A DNA stretch of 64,000 nucleotides. It comes from Bacillota bacterium. Lineage in GTDB: Bacteria; Bacillota; Clostridia; Christensenellales; UBA1431. Within the stretch, counting starts at the first letter, position 1; each line of letters opens with the position of its first letter. Where the stretch lies: assembly GCA_049324235.1 (NCBI GenBank), contig JBMOLJ010000062.1, positions 3,663 through 67,662 of the forward strand. The letters are read 5' to 3'. The translations under genes were made by a program, and so were the position numbers. Positions 1 to 10,169 of the stretch are shown piece after piece. Under the pieces are notes generated by a model. It was not told the origin of the DNA and did no database searches. It saw only the letters and a list, made by a program, of their open reading frames with translations.

Positions 1-115
1 CAGCCTCTCGCCGTCGGCGATACTGCCGTTTTTGATAGCTCCCGCAATGGACGCGGCCAGCGCCCGATACGCCGGTTCGCTGGCACCGTTTAATTGTATC
101 GGTACAATTTTCATG
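1..115 (-). CDS. MocR/PdxR-like GntR-family regulator, N-terminal fragment (continues beyond window)
   Basis: Reverse strand from ATG (115-113) reads MKIVPIQLNGASEPAYRALAASIAGAIKNGSIADGERL, a typical start of GntR/MocR winged-helix regulators. It is divergent to pdxST, as PdxR usually is. Confidence 0.5.
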
Positions 116-222
116 TATTCTTCCCCTGAAACCGTTGCCATGTTTTGCTTTTTTACTTAGTATAATATCATGCTTTAGCAGAAAAAACAAATTGTATCAG
201 TATAATTCTGGAGGGAAAGAAA

Positions 223-1098
223 ATGCCGCGATATGAACTCAACAAGAACCTCGCCCAGATGCTCAAAGGCGGGGTCATCATGGATGTGGTCACGCCCGAG
301 CATGCCGAGATCGCCGAAAATGCCGGCGCGGTGGCCGTAATGGCGCTGGAAAAAGTTCCGGCCGACATACGCAAAAGCGGCGGAGTCGCGCGCATGTCTG
401 ATCCGAGAATGATCAGGGAGATCAAGGCCGCTGTGACCATCCCGGTCATGGCCAAGGTGCGGATAGGACATTTTGTAGAGGCGCAGATACTGGAAGCCAT
501 AGGCATCGATTACATCGACGAAAGCGAAGTACTCACGCCCGCTGACAATCTGTACCACATCGACAAAAAGGCTTTCAAAATACCCTTTGTCTGCGGGGCG
601 AGGAATCTTGGCGAGGCCCTCAGAAGAATCGGCGAGGGCGCGGCCATGATACGCACCAAAGGCGAAGCGGGGACCGGCAACGTCGTGGAAGCCGTAAAGC
701 ACATGCGCACCATCATGGGCGAGATGCGCAGGCTTTCCGCGCTGCCCGAGGAAGAGCGCATGACGGCTGCGAAAGAAATGGGCGCGCCGTATGAACTTGT
801 ACAATATGTGGCGCAAAGCGGCAGGCTGCCCGTGGTAAACTTCGCGGCGGGCGGGATCGCCACGCCCGCGGACGCGGCCCTGATGATGCAATTAGGGAGC
901 GACGGCGTGTTCGTCGGCTCGGGGATATTCAAATCGTCCGACCCCGAAAAACGCGCGCGCGCCATCGTAAAGGCTGTGGCGTATTATAACGACCCGGACG
1001 TGCTCGCGCAGGTGTCCGAGGACATCGGGCAGCCTATGGACAGCCTGGATGTCGCGGCGCTTCCCGAAGAAAACCGGTACGCCGCGCGGGGCTGGTGA
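223..1098 (+). CDS. pdxS: Pyridoxal 5'-phosphate synthase, lyase subunit PdxS
   Basis: 291-aa ORF with a near-canonical PdxS sequence ([14 protein letters not shown]..., [27 protein letters not shown]). RBS GGAGGG lies upstream. Confidence 0.95.
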   Translation: MPRYELNKNLAQMLKGGVIMDVVTPEHAEIAENAGAVAVMALEKVPADIRKSGGVARMSDPRMIREIKAAVTIPVMAKVRIGHFVEAQILEAIGIDYIDESEVLTPADNLYHIDKKAFKIPFVCGARNLGEALRRIGEGAAMIRTKGEAGTGNVVEAVKHMRTIMGEMRRLSALPEEERMTAAKEMGAPYELVQYVAQSGRLPVVNFAAGGIATPADAALMMQLGSDGVFVGSGIFKSSDPEKRARAIVKAVAYYNDPDVLAQVSEDIGQPMDSLDVAALPEENRYAARGW

Positions 1099-1100
1099 AT

Positions 1101-1673
1101 ATGTGCAAAATCGGTGTATTGTCGCTGCAGGGCTCGGTCGCCGAGCATCTTGCGTGCATCGAGAACGCGGGCGCGCGGCCTGTCCCGGTCAAAACCCGTA
1201 ATACGCTCGGAAATGTCGACGCTCTGATACTCCCCGGCGGCGAAAGCACCACGCTGGGGATACTGCTGCGGGAATTCGGCCTGACGGAGCCCCTGAGAAA
1301 CAGCATCGGAGATGGGCTGCCCGTCTGGGGCACCTGCGCGGGGATGATACTCCTCGCCAAACAAATCGAGGGGCAGGAAACCTGCCACCTCGGCGTCATG
1401 GATATCGCCGTGCGGCGCAACGGATACGGCTCCCAGCTAAATAGCTTCACCGCCCGCGCCGTTATACTGGAGGTCTCGCAAGACCCTATGCCACTTGTGT
1501 TCATCCGCGCGCCCTACATCGAAAAGACGTGGGGCAGTACTCAAGAGATGCTTACCATGAACGGCAGGCTGGTAGCGGCCCGCCAGGGCCACATGCTCGC
1601 GACCGCTTTCCATCCTGAGCTGACCGGTGATCTGAGTTTTTACAGGTATTTCATCGATAAGATAGTGAAATAA
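1101..1673 (+). CDS. pdxT: Pyridoxal 5'-phosphate synthase, glutaminase subunit PdxT
   Basis: MCKIGVLSLQGSVAEH..., WGTCAGMILLA (catalytic Cys) and FHPELT motifs. It directly follows pdxS. ATG at 1101 is preferred over the in-frame GTG at 1095. Confidence 0.92.
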   Translation: MCKIGVLSLQGSVAEHLACIENAGARPVPVKTRNTLGNVDALILPGGESTTLGILLREFGLTEPLRNSIGDGLPVWGTCAGMILLAKQIEGQETCHLGVMDIAVRRNGYGSQLNSFTARAVILEVSQDPMPLVFIRAPYIEKTWGSTQEMLTMNGRLVAARQGHMLATAFHPELTGDLSFYRYFIDKIVK

Positions 1674-1700
1674 AAAGAAGGGCGTATGCCCTTCTTTTTA
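1674..1700. terminator. Bidirectional rho-independent terminator between pdxT and the HAD gene
   Basis: AAGAAGGGC-gtat-GCCCTTCTT hairpin flanked by an A-run and a T-run. Confidence 0.65.
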
Positions 1701-1713
1701 TTATGTTCTTTAC

Positions 1714-2382
1714 TTAAAAATACTCCTTCAGCTCCGTTATATCGCTGATGACCGCGTCCGCGCCATCCAGTTCGCCTTCGCGGGCGAAGCCGTAGCTGCA
1801 TCCGATGGTGTGAATGCCGTTTGCCCTGCCCGCCTCCATGTCCAGAGCCCTGTCGCCGACGATTGCCATATCCATAGGGTAACGCTCCTTGACGCGCCTT
1901 AAAATCTCGTGTTTCGGAACCGCGCCGTAGCCTTCCGAACAGGCAAGCTCGTCGAAATACGCGTCCAGGCCGAACGCCTTCGCGTGGCCATCCATGTAGT
2001 ATTTCCTGCAGTTGCTGATGAACACCAGGCGGTACCCCTTGCCTTTGAGATAGGAAAGCGCCTCCAGCGCGCCGGGATAAAGCACGGCCCTGCCCTGCTC
2101 AATGAGTTCCTTCTGCGCTTCCTTGATGATCTGCATGCATTGGCTTCTGGTATCGTCATCCGCACCGGGCAAAAACGCTTCCCACATTTCGATGCAGTTC
2201 AGCCCGAGCCAGCGGCTGATCTCATCATCCCGCCATTCCCTTGGCTCAGCCTTCCCCGTTCTCACCAGAAAATCATAAGCTCTGTTGAAAGCGGGGGCAT
2301 AGATCGCCATGCTGTCGTGCAGGCATCCGTCATAATCAAAGAAGATTGTCCTTACGTCCTTAAAAAGCCGCCGTTTATCCAT
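1714..2382 (-). CDS. HAD-superfamily hydrolase (phosphoglycolate phosphatase-like)
   Basis: FFDYDGCL (DxDx motif), FISNC and VGDRALDMEAG motifs of HAD subfamily IA. It sits at the tail of the rib operon. Confidence 0.75.
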   Translation of the reverse strand: MDKRRLFKDVRTIFFDYDGCLHDSMAIYAPAFNRAYDFLVRTGKAEPREWRDDEISRWLGLNCIEMWEAFLPGADDDTRSQCMQIIKEAQKELIEQGRAVLYPGALEALSYLKGKGYRLVFISNCRKYYMDGHAKAFGLDAYFDELACSEGYGAVPKHEILRRVKERYPMDMAIVGDRALDMEAGRANGIHTIGCSYGFAREGELDGADAVISDITELKEYF

Positions 2383-2383
2383 G

Positions 2384-2851
2384 CTACATCTGCCTTAACA
2401 GATTCGCCGTTTCAATAGCCGTGGTCGCGGCGTCATACCCCTTGTTGCCCGCCTTTGTACCTGCCCTCTCTATCGCCTGCTCAATGGTATCGGTAGTCAG
2501 CACGCCGAATATCACCGGCATCTTCGTATCCAGCGAAACCTTTGCAATGCCCTTGGACACCTCGTTTGCCACATAATCATAGTGCGAGGTCGACCCCCTG
2601 ATCACGGCGCCCAAGCAGATCACCGCGTCGTATTTGCCGGAAAGCGCCATTTTCTGCGCGGCCAGCGGTATCTCGAAGGACCCGGGCACCCATGCCACTT
2701 CGATATCCGCTTCCTCCGCGCCGTGCCGCAAAAGCCCGTCGATCGCACCGGCCAGAAGCTTGCTGCCGATGAACTCATTGAAACGCCCGACGATAATCCC
2801 GAATTTCAGGCCCTTGGCAAGCAGGTTCCCCTCATACGTTTTGATTGACAT
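2384..2851 (-). CDS. ribH: 6,7-dimethyl-8-ribityllumazine synthase
   Basis: [28 protein letters not shown]... is a classic RibH sequence. ATG at 2851 has GGAAGGTG 6 nt upstream; the ORF also extends to GTG at 2860. Confidence 0.93.
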   Translation of the reverse strand: MSIKTYEGNLLAKGLKFGIIVGRFNEFIGSKLLAGAIDGLLRHGAEEADIEVAWVPGSFEIPLAAQKMALSGKYDAVICLGAVIRGSTSHYDYVANEVSKGIAKVSLDTKMPVIFGVLTTDTIEQAIERAGTKAGNKGYDAATTAIETANLLRQM

Positions 2852-4094
2852 ATTCTTCACCTTCCTGATGTGTAATTGTGTTCAATTCCTTGTCTAACTC
2901 GGTGAGCAGATGCCCCATCTTCTCTTTCTTGGTCTTCATATAGAAAGCGTTCGCTTCATGTGTGGGCAATTCAATAGGAACCCGCTCCGCGACCTCCAGC
3001 CCGTACCCGCTCAGGCCGACCACTTTCTTCGGGTTGTTGGTCAAAAGCCGCATCCTGCGCACGCCCAGGTCATAGAGTATCTGCGCGCCCACGCCGTAAT
3101 CGCGCAAATCGGGCGCAAACCCGAGCGCCACGTTCGCTTCCACGGTATCCAGCCCTTTCTCCTGCAGCGCATAGGCCTTGATCTTGTTCACAAGCCCAAT
3201 CCCGCGGCCTTCCTGACGCATGTACAAAAGCACGCCCTTCCCCGCGCGGCTGATCTGCCGCATGGCCGCGTTGAGCTGTTCTCCGCAGTCGCAACGTAGG
3301 GAATGGAACGTATCGCCGGTGAGGCACTCCGAATGCACGCGCACCAACACCGGCTCGTCCGGGTCATCCAGCTTGCCCATGACCAGCGCAACGTGATGTT
3401 CGCCGTTCAAAGCGTTCACATAGGCCACGATCTCAAACTCGCCGTACTCGGTCTGCAGATGCGCCCGCGTTACCGCCTGGACGAGCATATCGTTCTTCCT
3501 TCTGTACTGGATGAGGTCGGCCACCGAAACGATCTTCAGACCGTGCTTCTTCGCAAACTCCATTAGCTGGGGAACCCTTGCCATGGACCCGTCCTCATTG
3601 AGTATCTCGCAAATGACGCCGCCCGGGTAAAGCCCGGCCAGCCTTGACAGGTCAATGGCCGCTTCGGTGTGCCCCGCGCGTTTGAGCACGCCGCCGTCCT
3701 TGGCGATAAGCGGGAAAATGTGTCCCGGCCTGACGAAGTCGTCCTTTACCGCATACGGGTTTGCCAGTTCCTTAATAGTCTTTGCCCGTTCAAAGGCCGA
3801 AATCCCCGATGTCGAACTCTTGTGGTCAACCGTGACCGTGAACGCAGGCATCATTGTGTCTGAGTTTTCTTCAACCATAAGCTCCAATTCCAGCTCGCGG
3901 GTGCGTTCCTGCGTAAGCGGTACGCAGATGATACCGCGGCCATACACCGACATGAAGTTCACGCTCTCGGGCGTCACTTTTTCGGCGGCGATCATCAGGT
4001 CCCCTTCGTTTTCGCGGTCCTCGTCGTCCACAATCACGACCATCTTCCCCCGCCTGATCTCTTCCACCGCTTCCTCAATTGGATCGAATTTCAT
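2832..4094 (-). CDS. ribBA: Bifunctional 3,4-dihydroxy-2-butanone-4-phosphate synthase / GTP cyclohydrolase II
   Basis: [11 protein letters not shown] (DHBP synthase) and [11 protein letters not shown]...CDCG (GCH II zinc site). The start [10 protein letters not shown] has RBS GGAGA. Confidence 0.93.
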   Translation of the reverse strand: MKFDPIEEAVEEIRRGKMVVIVDDEDRENEGDLMIAAEKVTPESVNFMSVYGRGIICVPLTQERTRELELELMVEENSDTMMPAFTVTVDHKSSTSGISAFERAKTIKELANPYAVKDDFVRPGHIFPLIAKDGGVLKRAGHTEAAIDLSRLAGLYPGGVICEILNEDGSMARVPQLMEFAKKHGLKIVSVADLIQYRRKNDMLVQAVTRAHLQTEYGEFEIVAYVNALNGEHHVALVMGKLDDPDEPVLVRVHSECLTGDTFHSLRCDCGEQLNAAMRQISRAGKGVLLYMRQEGRGIGLVNKIKAYALQEKGLDTVEANVALGFAPDLRDYGVGAQILYDLGVRRMRLLTNNPKKVVGLSGYGLEVAERVPIELPTHEANAFYMKTKKEKMGHLLTELDKELNTITHQEGEEYVNQNV

Positions 4095-4167
4095 TTTTTT
4101 ATCTCCATTCACGTTCAATTTTTGCACATGTAAAAAGTATGCGCATACGCTGAAAGCCTTTATATTT

Positions 4168-4821
4168 TCACAGAAAACCGTTCTCTCTCAATAAATCCAT
4201 CGATACGCCGATGCTCTCCTCCGGCCGGTTTTGCGCCTGCCCCAGCAGTTTTTCAACATATTTGCCGATCACGTCACACTCGATGTTGACCTCGTCGCCC
4301 GGCCGCCTCCGGCCCAGCACGGTGTCCCTGGCCGTCACAGGGATGAGCGAAACCTTGAAGCGCCGCTCGTCCACATAGGCGACGGTGAGGCTCGTTCCGT
4401 CCAGCGCGACCGATCCTCTTTCCACAATGTATCTGAGTATCTTATCGGGTGCGTTTACCGTAAGCCATATGGCGTTTTCCTCCTCCGTCCTATCCGCAAC
4501 ACTGCCCGTGCCGTCAATGTGGCCGGATACGATATGCCCGCCCAGCCTATCGGATAAGCGCAAAGCGCGCTCCAGATTCACCCTGTCGCCCGGTCGGAGC
4601 CTAGCAAGGCCCGTATTGCGCACGGTCTCGGGCATGACGTCGGCCGCGAACCAGCCGTTTCTCAGTTCAGACACCGTGAGGCATATGCCGTTTACCGATA
4701 TGCTGTCCCCCGTTCTCGTACCCTCAAGCGCTTTTGCGCAGGAAACCGAGATGCGTACAGACGCGCTCCTGCGCACGATTTCTTTCACAATGCCTATTTC
4801 TTCAACGATTCCCGTAAACAT
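4168..4821 (-). CDS. ribE: Riboflavin synthase (alpha chain)
   Basis: [10 protein letters not shown]...[13 protein letters not shown]...ALDGTSLTV, the duplicated lumazine-binding repeats. The upstream extension of the ORF overlaps ribD and is not used. Confidence 0.9.
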   Translation of the reverse strand: MFTGIVEEIGIVKEIVRRSASVRISVSCAKALEGTRTGDSISVNGICLTVSELRNGWFAADVMPETVRNTGLARLRPGDRVNLERALRLSDRLGGHIVSGHIDGTGSVADRTEEENAIWLTVNAPDKILRYIVERGSVALDGTSLTVAYVDERRFKVSLIPVTARDTVLGRRRPGDEVNIECDVIGKYVEKLLGQAQNRPEESIGVSMDLLRENGFL

Positions 4822-5917
4822 CCTGTATGTATCCCTCCACAAGAATATCTTCGCCGAACCTCTGGACGCTGACGTCCTCCAACCTGACGGCATCCTGCAT
4901 ACGCTGTATCCCAGCGCCCTCCACCGGCGTTTTCGCGTCCCGCCCGCCGATGATCTTCGGCGCGATGAACACCGTCGCCTTATCGACGATTCCGGCCTGC
5001 AGCGCGCCCGCGTTCAGGCCGCCTCCCCCTTCGAGCAGCACACTGTCGATTTCGAGCGCGTACAGCGCATCCATCAGCTTGTTAAGATCGACGCGCCCCT
5101 CCGCCCCGCCGGCCTTGATGACGCGCACGCCCTTTTCTATAAGGTGTTTTTCCTTTTCCGCGTCTATCGCCGTCGTCGTGGCGAGTATCAGGCCGGCCTC
5201 GGACTCCGTTTCAATTACCCTGCTCCTAAGCGGTATTCTCCCTCTGCTGTCCACAACGATACGCACCGGGTCCTTTCCCTTTTTCGCTGCAAGCCGCGTC
5301 GTAAGGGACGGATCGTCTGAGAGCACCGTATTTATCCCCACCATGATGGCCGCTACCCTGTCGCGGATATGGTGCACATGCTGCCGCGCGCTCTCCCCCG
5401 TGACCCACCTGGAATCGCCGGTGACCGAGGCGATCTTGCCGTCAAGCGTCATCGCGGCCTTCATAATGACGAACGGCTTTTTCTTTGTGATATACTTGAT
5501 AAATATCTCGTTCAGCTTTTTGGCTTGTGCTTCCAGCACGCCCACCGTGACATCGATACCGGCCTCACGGAGCATCCGTATGCCGCGTCCGGCCACTAAC
5601 GGGTTCGGGTCCTCCATCGCGACGACTACGCGGCCTATCCCTTTTTGAATGATCGCTTCAGCGCAGGGCGGCGTTCTGCCGTAGTGCGAACACGGTTCGA
5701 GGCTGACATAGAGCGTCCCCCCGCTTACATCGCCTTGCGCATGCGCAAACGCCGATACCTCCGCGTGCGCGCGCCCCAGCTTCTCATGATACCCTTCCGC
5801 AACGATGCTGCCGTCTTTCACGACCACCGCGCCGACGAGGGGATTAGGGTTCGTACGCCCCCATCCTTTTTTCGCCAGTTCCAGCGCTCTTTGCATATAT
5901 TTTTCGTGTTCGTCCAT
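4802..5917 (-). CDS. ribD: Bifunctional diaminohydroxyphosphoribosylaminopyrimidine deaminase / 5-amino-6-(5-phosphoribosylamino)uracil reductase
   Basis: HAEVSAF...LEPCSHYGRTPPC deaminase zinc motif plus a C-terminal reductase domain. The start MDEHEKYM (5917) has GGAG 6 nt upstream; the ORF is open to 5932. Confidence 0.92.
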   Translation of the reverse strand: MDEHEKYMQRALELAKKGWGRTNPNPLVGAVVVKDGSIVAEGYHEKLGRAHAEVSAFAHAQGDVSGGTLYVSLEPCSHYGRTPPCAEAIIQKGIGRVVVAMEDPNPLVAGRGIRMLREAGIDVTVGVLEAQAKKLNEIFIKYITKKKPFVIMKAAMTLDGKIASVTGDSRWVTGESARQHVHHIRDRVAAIMVGINTVLSDDPSLTTRLAAKKGKDPVRIVVDSRGRIPLRSRVIETESEAGLILATTTAIDAEKEKHLIEKGVRVIKAGGAEGRVDLNKLMDALYALEIDSVLLEGGGGLNAGALQAGIVDKATVFIAPKIIGGRDAKTPVEGAGIQRMQDAVRLEDVSVQRFGEDILVEGYIQDVYGNR

Positions 5918-5962
5918 GTCAAGCTCCATCAATACTGCATTTTATCGCTTTTGTTTTGCCCC

Positions 5963-6125
5963 AAACAAAAAACCCTGAAATCTTACTTCAGGGCGCCCGC
6001 ATGGTCAATACACATCTTCTCCCATCCAGACTCTAACTGTCGGCTCCGGAATCTGACCGGATCTGCCTGTGAAGGCTCGCGGGCTTTACCGCCGGTAAGG
6101 AATTTCACCTGTCCCTGAAGAAATT
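5963..6125 (-). promoter_or_regulatory. FMN riboswitch (RFN element) with intrinsic terminator, leader of ribD-E-BA-H
   Basis: Reverse strand reads CTTCAGGGACAGGTGAAATTCCTTACCGGCGGTAAAGCCCGCGAGC...GATCCGGTCAGATTCCGGAGCCGACAGTTAGAGTCTGGATGGGAGAAG, matching the RFN consensus almost base for base. It is followed by CCCTGAAGTAAGATTTCAGGG and TTTTTTG. Confidence 0.92.
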
Positions 6126-6152
6126 TTATCATTATGAAGTTTATCCTGCATT

Positions 6153-6181
6153 ATTGTAGCGCCGTTTCCCCTTAAAGTCAA
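6153..6181 (-). promoter_or_regulatory. Sigma-A type promoter of the rib operon
   Basis: Reverse strand reads TTGACT-17 nt-TACAAT just upstream of the FMN aptamer. Confidence 0.55.
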
Positions 6182-6212
6182 GACGCGCGTGCACTATTAT
6201 ACCAAAACACTC

Positions 6213-6241
6213 TTTACAACGCCTTTATACCGTGGTATAGT
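6213..6241 (+). promoter_or_regulatory. Sigma-A type promoter of the thi operon
   Basis: TTTACA-17 nt-TATAGT, about 20 nt upstream of the TPP aptamer. Confidence 0.55.
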
Positions 6242-6261
6242 ACATACAAAATTGAATACGG

Positions 6262-6409
6262 CTTGTGTTTGCGGGGGAACCAATTTTTGTTGAGAAGGTT
6301 AAAACCTGACCCTTTGAACCTGTTAGTTAATACTTTCGTAGGGAAGCAAAACATCACATCCTTAATATGCGATTTAAGCGCTTGCTTGCCGGTAAGCGCT
6401 TTTGTGTTG
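6262..6409 (+). promoter_or_regulatory. TPP (THI-box) riboswitch with terminator, leader of thiC-M-E-D
   Basis: GCGGGGGAACC...GTTGAGA...ACCCTTTGAACCTGTTAGTTAATACTTTCGTAGGGAAGC matches the THI-box core. It is followed by AAGCGCTT-loop-AAGCGCTT and TTTGTGTTG. A second hairpin with a T-run (6450-6497) and an anti-RBS-like AATCCTC lie before the thiC RBS. Confidence 0.87.
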
Positions 6410-6552
6410 TCAGGATGAATCGGTGGATCGGATCGGTTTATAATCCTCATGCCGTTGTGTTTTCCCGGAGAAACACGGCGGCGCTGAGGGTTTTTTGTTA
6501 TTCCCTCTGTACTGCCGCAAACTGAAAATCGGTATTAGGAGGATCGGAAAAA

Positions 6553-7851
6553 ATGTACAGAACGCAGATGGAAGCGGCGAGAAAAAACATCGTAACGCCG
6601 CAAATGAAGGCCGTTGCCGGTGAGGAAAATATGGAGGTGCAGGAACTCATGCGCCTCCTGGCCGAGGGGAAGGCCGTGATACCGGCAAACAAAAACCATA
6701 CCTGCCTTGTGCCGCACGGGATAGGCAACGCGCTCAAAACGAAAATCAACGTCAACCTGGGGACATCAAGAGACTGCCTGAATCTGGACGCGGAGATGGA
6801 GAAGGTAAAAACCGCCGTCATGATGGGCGCGGAGGCCATCATGGATTTAAGCTCCTTCGGGGACACGAAGCTCTTTAGAAGGGAACTCATCGCAAGCTGC
6901 CCCGCCGTCATTGGCACCGTGCCTATATACGACGCGGTCGTGTATTACAGCAAACCGCTCGAGGAGATCACCGCTAAGGAGTGGCTTGATACCGTACGGA
7001 TGCACGCCGAAGACGGGGTGGACTTCATGACCCTGCATTGCGGTATCAATAAAAACACCGCAAAGAGGTTCAAGGCGGCAAAAAGGCTGACCAACATTGT
7101 TTCCAGGGGCGGCTCGCTCATGTTCGCGTGGATGGAGCTGACGGGGAACGAAAACCCGTTTTATGAGCACTTTGACGATATCCTGGATATCTGCGCCGAG
7201 TACGACGTGACCATCAGCCTGGGCGACGCCTGCCGTCCGGGATCGATTGCGGACAGCACCGATATATCCCAGATCGAAGAGCTCGTGGTTCTGGGCGAAC
7301 TGACGCAGCGGGCATGGAAAAAACACGTACAGGTGATGATCGAAGGTCCCGGCCACATGCCGCTCGACGAGATAGCGGCCAACATGAAGGTGCAGCAGAC
7401 GATCTGCAAGGGCGCTCCTTTTTATGTCCTCGGGCCGCTGGTCACCGACGTGGCGCCGGGCTATGACCATATCACCTCGGCAATCGGCGGCGCGGTCGCG
7501 GCGGCGGCCGGCGCTTCGTTCCTCTGCTATGTGACGCCCGCCGAGCACCTCCGCCTGCCTACGCTCGAAGACATGAAGGAGGGCATCATTGCTTCCAAGA
7601 TTGCCGCGCATGCAGCTGACATCGCAAAAGGCATCAAGGGTGCGAAGGACTGGGATGAAAAGATGAGCGCAGCCAGAAAGAACCTGGACTGGGAAGAAAT
7701 GTTCTCTCTGGCCATCGACCCGGAAAAAGCAAGGCGCTACCGCGCGGAATCCACGCCCGAAAACGCGGACACCTGCACGATGTGCGGGAAGATGTGCGCC
7801 GTCAGGAACATGAACAAGGCCCTTGCGGGGCAGCACGTCGACGTAATATAG
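6553..7851 (+). CDS. thiC: Phosphomethylpyrimidine synthase
   Basis: 432-aa radical-SAM ThiC with a C-terminal CTMCGKMCA cluster motif. RBS AGGAGG lies upstream. Confidence 0.95.
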   Translation: MYRTQMEAARKNIVTPQMKAVAGEENMEVQELMRLLAEGKAVIPANKNHTCLVPHGIGNALKTKINVNLGTSRDCLNLDAEMEKVKTAVMMGAEAIMDLSSFGDTKLFRRELIASCPAVIGTVPIYDAVVYYSKPLEEITAKEWLDTVRMHAEDGVDFMTLHCGINKNTAKRFKAAKRLTNIVSRGGSLMFAWMELTGNENPFYEHFDDILDICAEYDVTISLGDACRPGSIADSTDISQIEELVVLGELTQRAWKKHVQVMIEGPGHMPLDEIAANMKVQQTICKGAPFYVLGPLVTDVAPGYDHITSAIGGAVAAAAGASFLCYVTPAEHLRLPTLEDMKEGIIASKIAAHAADIAKGIKGAKDWDEKMSAARKNLDWEEMFSLAIDPEKARRYRAESTPENADTCTMCGKMCAVRNMNKALAGQHVDVI

Positions 7852-7862
7852 GAGAGGCAAAT

Positions 7863-8687
7863 ATGTTTGAAGATATTTTTAGAAATGTGCAGGAAAACCC
7901 GCCGCTCGTACACTGCATCACCAATTATGTGACCGTAAACGACTGCGCGAACATCGTGCTCGCATGCGGCGGGGCGCCCATCATGGCCGACGACATTGCC
8001 GAAGTGGAGGAGATCACGTCCATCTGCAGCAGCCTTGTCATCAATATCGGAACGCTCAACGAGCGGACAATAGCCTCAATGATAAAAGCAGGAAAAAAGG
8101 CAAACGAGGTAGGGCACCCGGTTATTCTTGACCCGGTCGGCGCGGGCGCATCAAAACTGCGGACCCATACCGTCCAGCGGCTGGTGGAGGAAGTAAAGTT
8201 CTCTGTCATACGCGGGAACATTTCCGAAATCAAGACGGTGCATGCAGGCAGCGGGAGCACGCGGGGCGTCGATGCAAATGAAGCGGACAGGGTGACCACC
8301 CAAAACCTGGATTCGGTAGTACGGCTTGCCAGATCGCTTTCAAATAAGACAGGCGCGGTCATCGCAATAACTGGCGAGACCGACATTGTTTCGGACAGTC
8401 TGAAAACGTATGTCATTTCGAACGGACACCCGATGATGTCGCGGGTGACGGGGACGGGCTGCATGCTTTCCTGCGTCGTAGGGAGCTGGTGCGGCGCGAA
8501 TCCCGACAGCGCGCTCGATAGCGCGGCCGCGGCGGTCGCGGCCGTGGGCCTTTGCGGCGAGCTTGCGTGGGAAAAGACCGTAAAGGAAGGCGCAGGCACG
8601 GGAAGCTATCGCACCTACCTCATCGACGCGATGAGCGGCGTGGACGAAAAAATCCTGAACGGGGGCATGAAACTTGAAATTCGATGA
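7863..8687 (+). CDS. thiM: Hydroxyethylthiazole kinase
   Basis: PLVHCITNYVTVNDCANIVLACGGAPIMADD and TGTGCMLS motifs. ATG at 7863 has GGAGAGG upstream; the longer ORF overlaps thiC. Confidence 0.9.
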   Translation: MFEDIFRNVQENPPLVHCITNYVTVNDCANIVLACGGAPIMADDIAEVEEITSICSSLVINIGTLNERTIASMIKAGKKANEVGHPVILDPVGAGASKLRTHTVQRLVEEVKFSVIRGNISEIKTVHAGSGSTRGVDANEADRVTTQNLDSVVRLARSLSNKTGAVIAITGETDIVSDSLKTYVISNGHPMMSRVTGTGCMLSCVVGSWCGANPDSALDSAAAAVAAVGLCGELAWEKTVKEGAGTGSYRTYLIDAMSGVDEKILNGGMKLEIR

Positions 8688-9312
8688 ACGCTTCCTTTTG
8701 CTCAACGCCGTCACCGACCGCGCATGGCTGAACGGCAACACCCTGGAATATCAGGTCGAGCAGGCGATTCTTGGCGGGGCGACGATGGTGCAGCTGCGCG
8801 AAAAAGACCTCCCGGATGAAGAATTCATACGGCTTGCGCAAAAGGTTAAAACCGTGACGGACAAATACAGGGTGCCGTTCGTAATCAACGACAACGTCGA
8901 GGTAGCGGTGGCCGTGGACGCCGACGGCGTGCATGTCGGGCAGAGCGACATGCCGGCTTCGCTCGCAAGGGAACGTATCGGCAGGGATAGGATACTGGGC
9001 GTTTCCGTTCAGACGGTGGAACAGGCCAAAAAGGCGCAGGAGGACGGCGCGGACTACATCGGCGCGGGCTGCGCGTTCGCCACGTCCACCAAAGCGGATG
9101 CAAGCTGCATATCCTTTGCCCTGCTCCGGCAGATATGCGAGGCCGTGACCATCCCCGCAGTGGCGATCGGCGGCATAAACGAGGACAACGCGATACAGCT
9201 AAAAGGCACAAAAATCAAAGGTATAGCGGTGGTCTCCGCCATTTTTTCGAAGCCCGATATTCAGGCGGCGGCCGCAAGCCTTGCTGCAATTGCAAAGACA
9301 ATCGCAGAATAA
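8674..9312 (+). CDS. thiE: Thiamine-phosphate synthase
   Basis: FVINDNVEVAVAVDADGVHVGQSD and VAIGGI motifs. TTG start overlaps the end of thiM. Confidence 0.9.
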   Translation: MKFDERFLLLNAVTDRAWLNGNTLEYQVEQAILGGATMVQLREKDLPDEEFIRLAQKVKTVTDKYRVPFVINDNVEVAVAVDADGVHVGQSDMPASLARERIGRDRILGVSVQTVEQAKKAQEDGADYIGAGCAFATSTKADASCISFALLRQICEAVTIPAVAIGGINEDNAIQLKGTKIKGIAVVSAIFSKPDIQAAAASLAAIAKTIAE

Positions 9313-9332
9313 ACACACGAGAGGTGATTCTT

Positions 9333-10169
9333 TTGCATACGGCATTATCCATTGCGGGAACCGACCCCACCGGCGGCGCGGGGATGCAGGCCGACATCAA
9401 AACGTTTACCGCGCTCCACGTCTACGGCATGGGCGTCGTAACGACAGTGGTGGCGCAGAACACCTGCGGCGTGTACGCCGTGCAAAACATGCACGCCGAT
9501 ATGGTAAAGGCGCAGCTTGACGCCGTTTTTACCGACATCTTCCCCGACGCCGTAAAGATCGGGATGGTCAGTACCATCCCGGTCATCGGGGCAATCATAC
9601 AGAAGCTTAAAGAATACAACCCAAAAAACATCGTGCTCGATCCCGTCATGGTTGCCACCAGCGGGCAGAGCCTTCTTGAACCCGAGGCGGAGCAGTTCCT
9701 TATTGAAAGGCTTATCCCCCTGTCGGACATCATCACCCCCAACATTCCCGAAGCCGAAGTGTTGTGCGGCTTTCCTATCAAGAGCATGGCGGATATGCTC
9801 AGGGCCGCCGAGCATATCGCAGAGTTTTACGGCGGGACCATCCTCATCAAAGGCGGGCACCTCGGCGGCAGCAACGATCTTCTGTTTAGGGCGGGAAACA
9901 CAAGCTGGGTCACCGGAAAACATATAAACACTAACAACACCCACGGGACCGGCTGCACGCTGTCTTCCGCCATTGCGGCCGGACTTGCGAAGGGCTATGA
10001 CGCATATGCATCCGTCCGTTTTGCCAAGGATTATGTCACCCGCGCCCTTGACAGCGGACTTGACCTGGGAAAGGGGAACGGCCCGGTGGATCACTGCCAT
10101 TGCATTCCTGAAATACCCGTATGCATTAACGGTTCTGACCCTGGCAGTATTTCTCAATCGCCTGTTTAA
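9333..10169 (+). CDS. thiD: Hydroxymethylpyrimidine / phosphomethylpyrimidine kinase
   Basis: ALSIAGTDPTGGAGMQADIKTF...DPVMVATSG...THGTGCTLSSAIA. TTG at 9333 has GAGAGGTG upstream; GTG at 9324 is an alternative start. Confidence 0.9.
   Translation: MHTALSIAGTDPTGGAGMQADIKTFTALHVYGMGVVTTVVAQNTCGVYAVQNMHADMVKAQLDAVFTDIFPDAVKIGMVSTIPVIGAIIQKLKEYNPKNIVLDPVMVATSGQSLLEPEAEQFLIERLIPLSDIITPNIPEAEVLCGFPIKSMADMLRAAEHIAEFYGGTILIKGGHLGGSNDLLFRAGNTSWVTGKHINTNNTHGTGCTLSSAIAAGLAKGYDAYASVRFAKDYVTRALDSGLDLGKGNGPVDHCHCIPEIPVCINGSDPGSISQSPV

Noticed and set aside
6214-6450. 78-aa minus-strand ORF in the rib/thi divergent region.
   Set aside because: It overlaps the TPP riboswitch aptamer and its terminator on the opposite strand. 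It has no RBS and no recognisable protein features.
10126-10169. 44-nt convergent overlap of the thiD 3' end with the CotJC-like gene 3' end.
   Set aside because: Both ORFs are well supported. Short convergent overlaps occur naturally, and the last ~14 codons of the thiD ORF may simply be a non-conserved tail. There is no evidence of anything functional.
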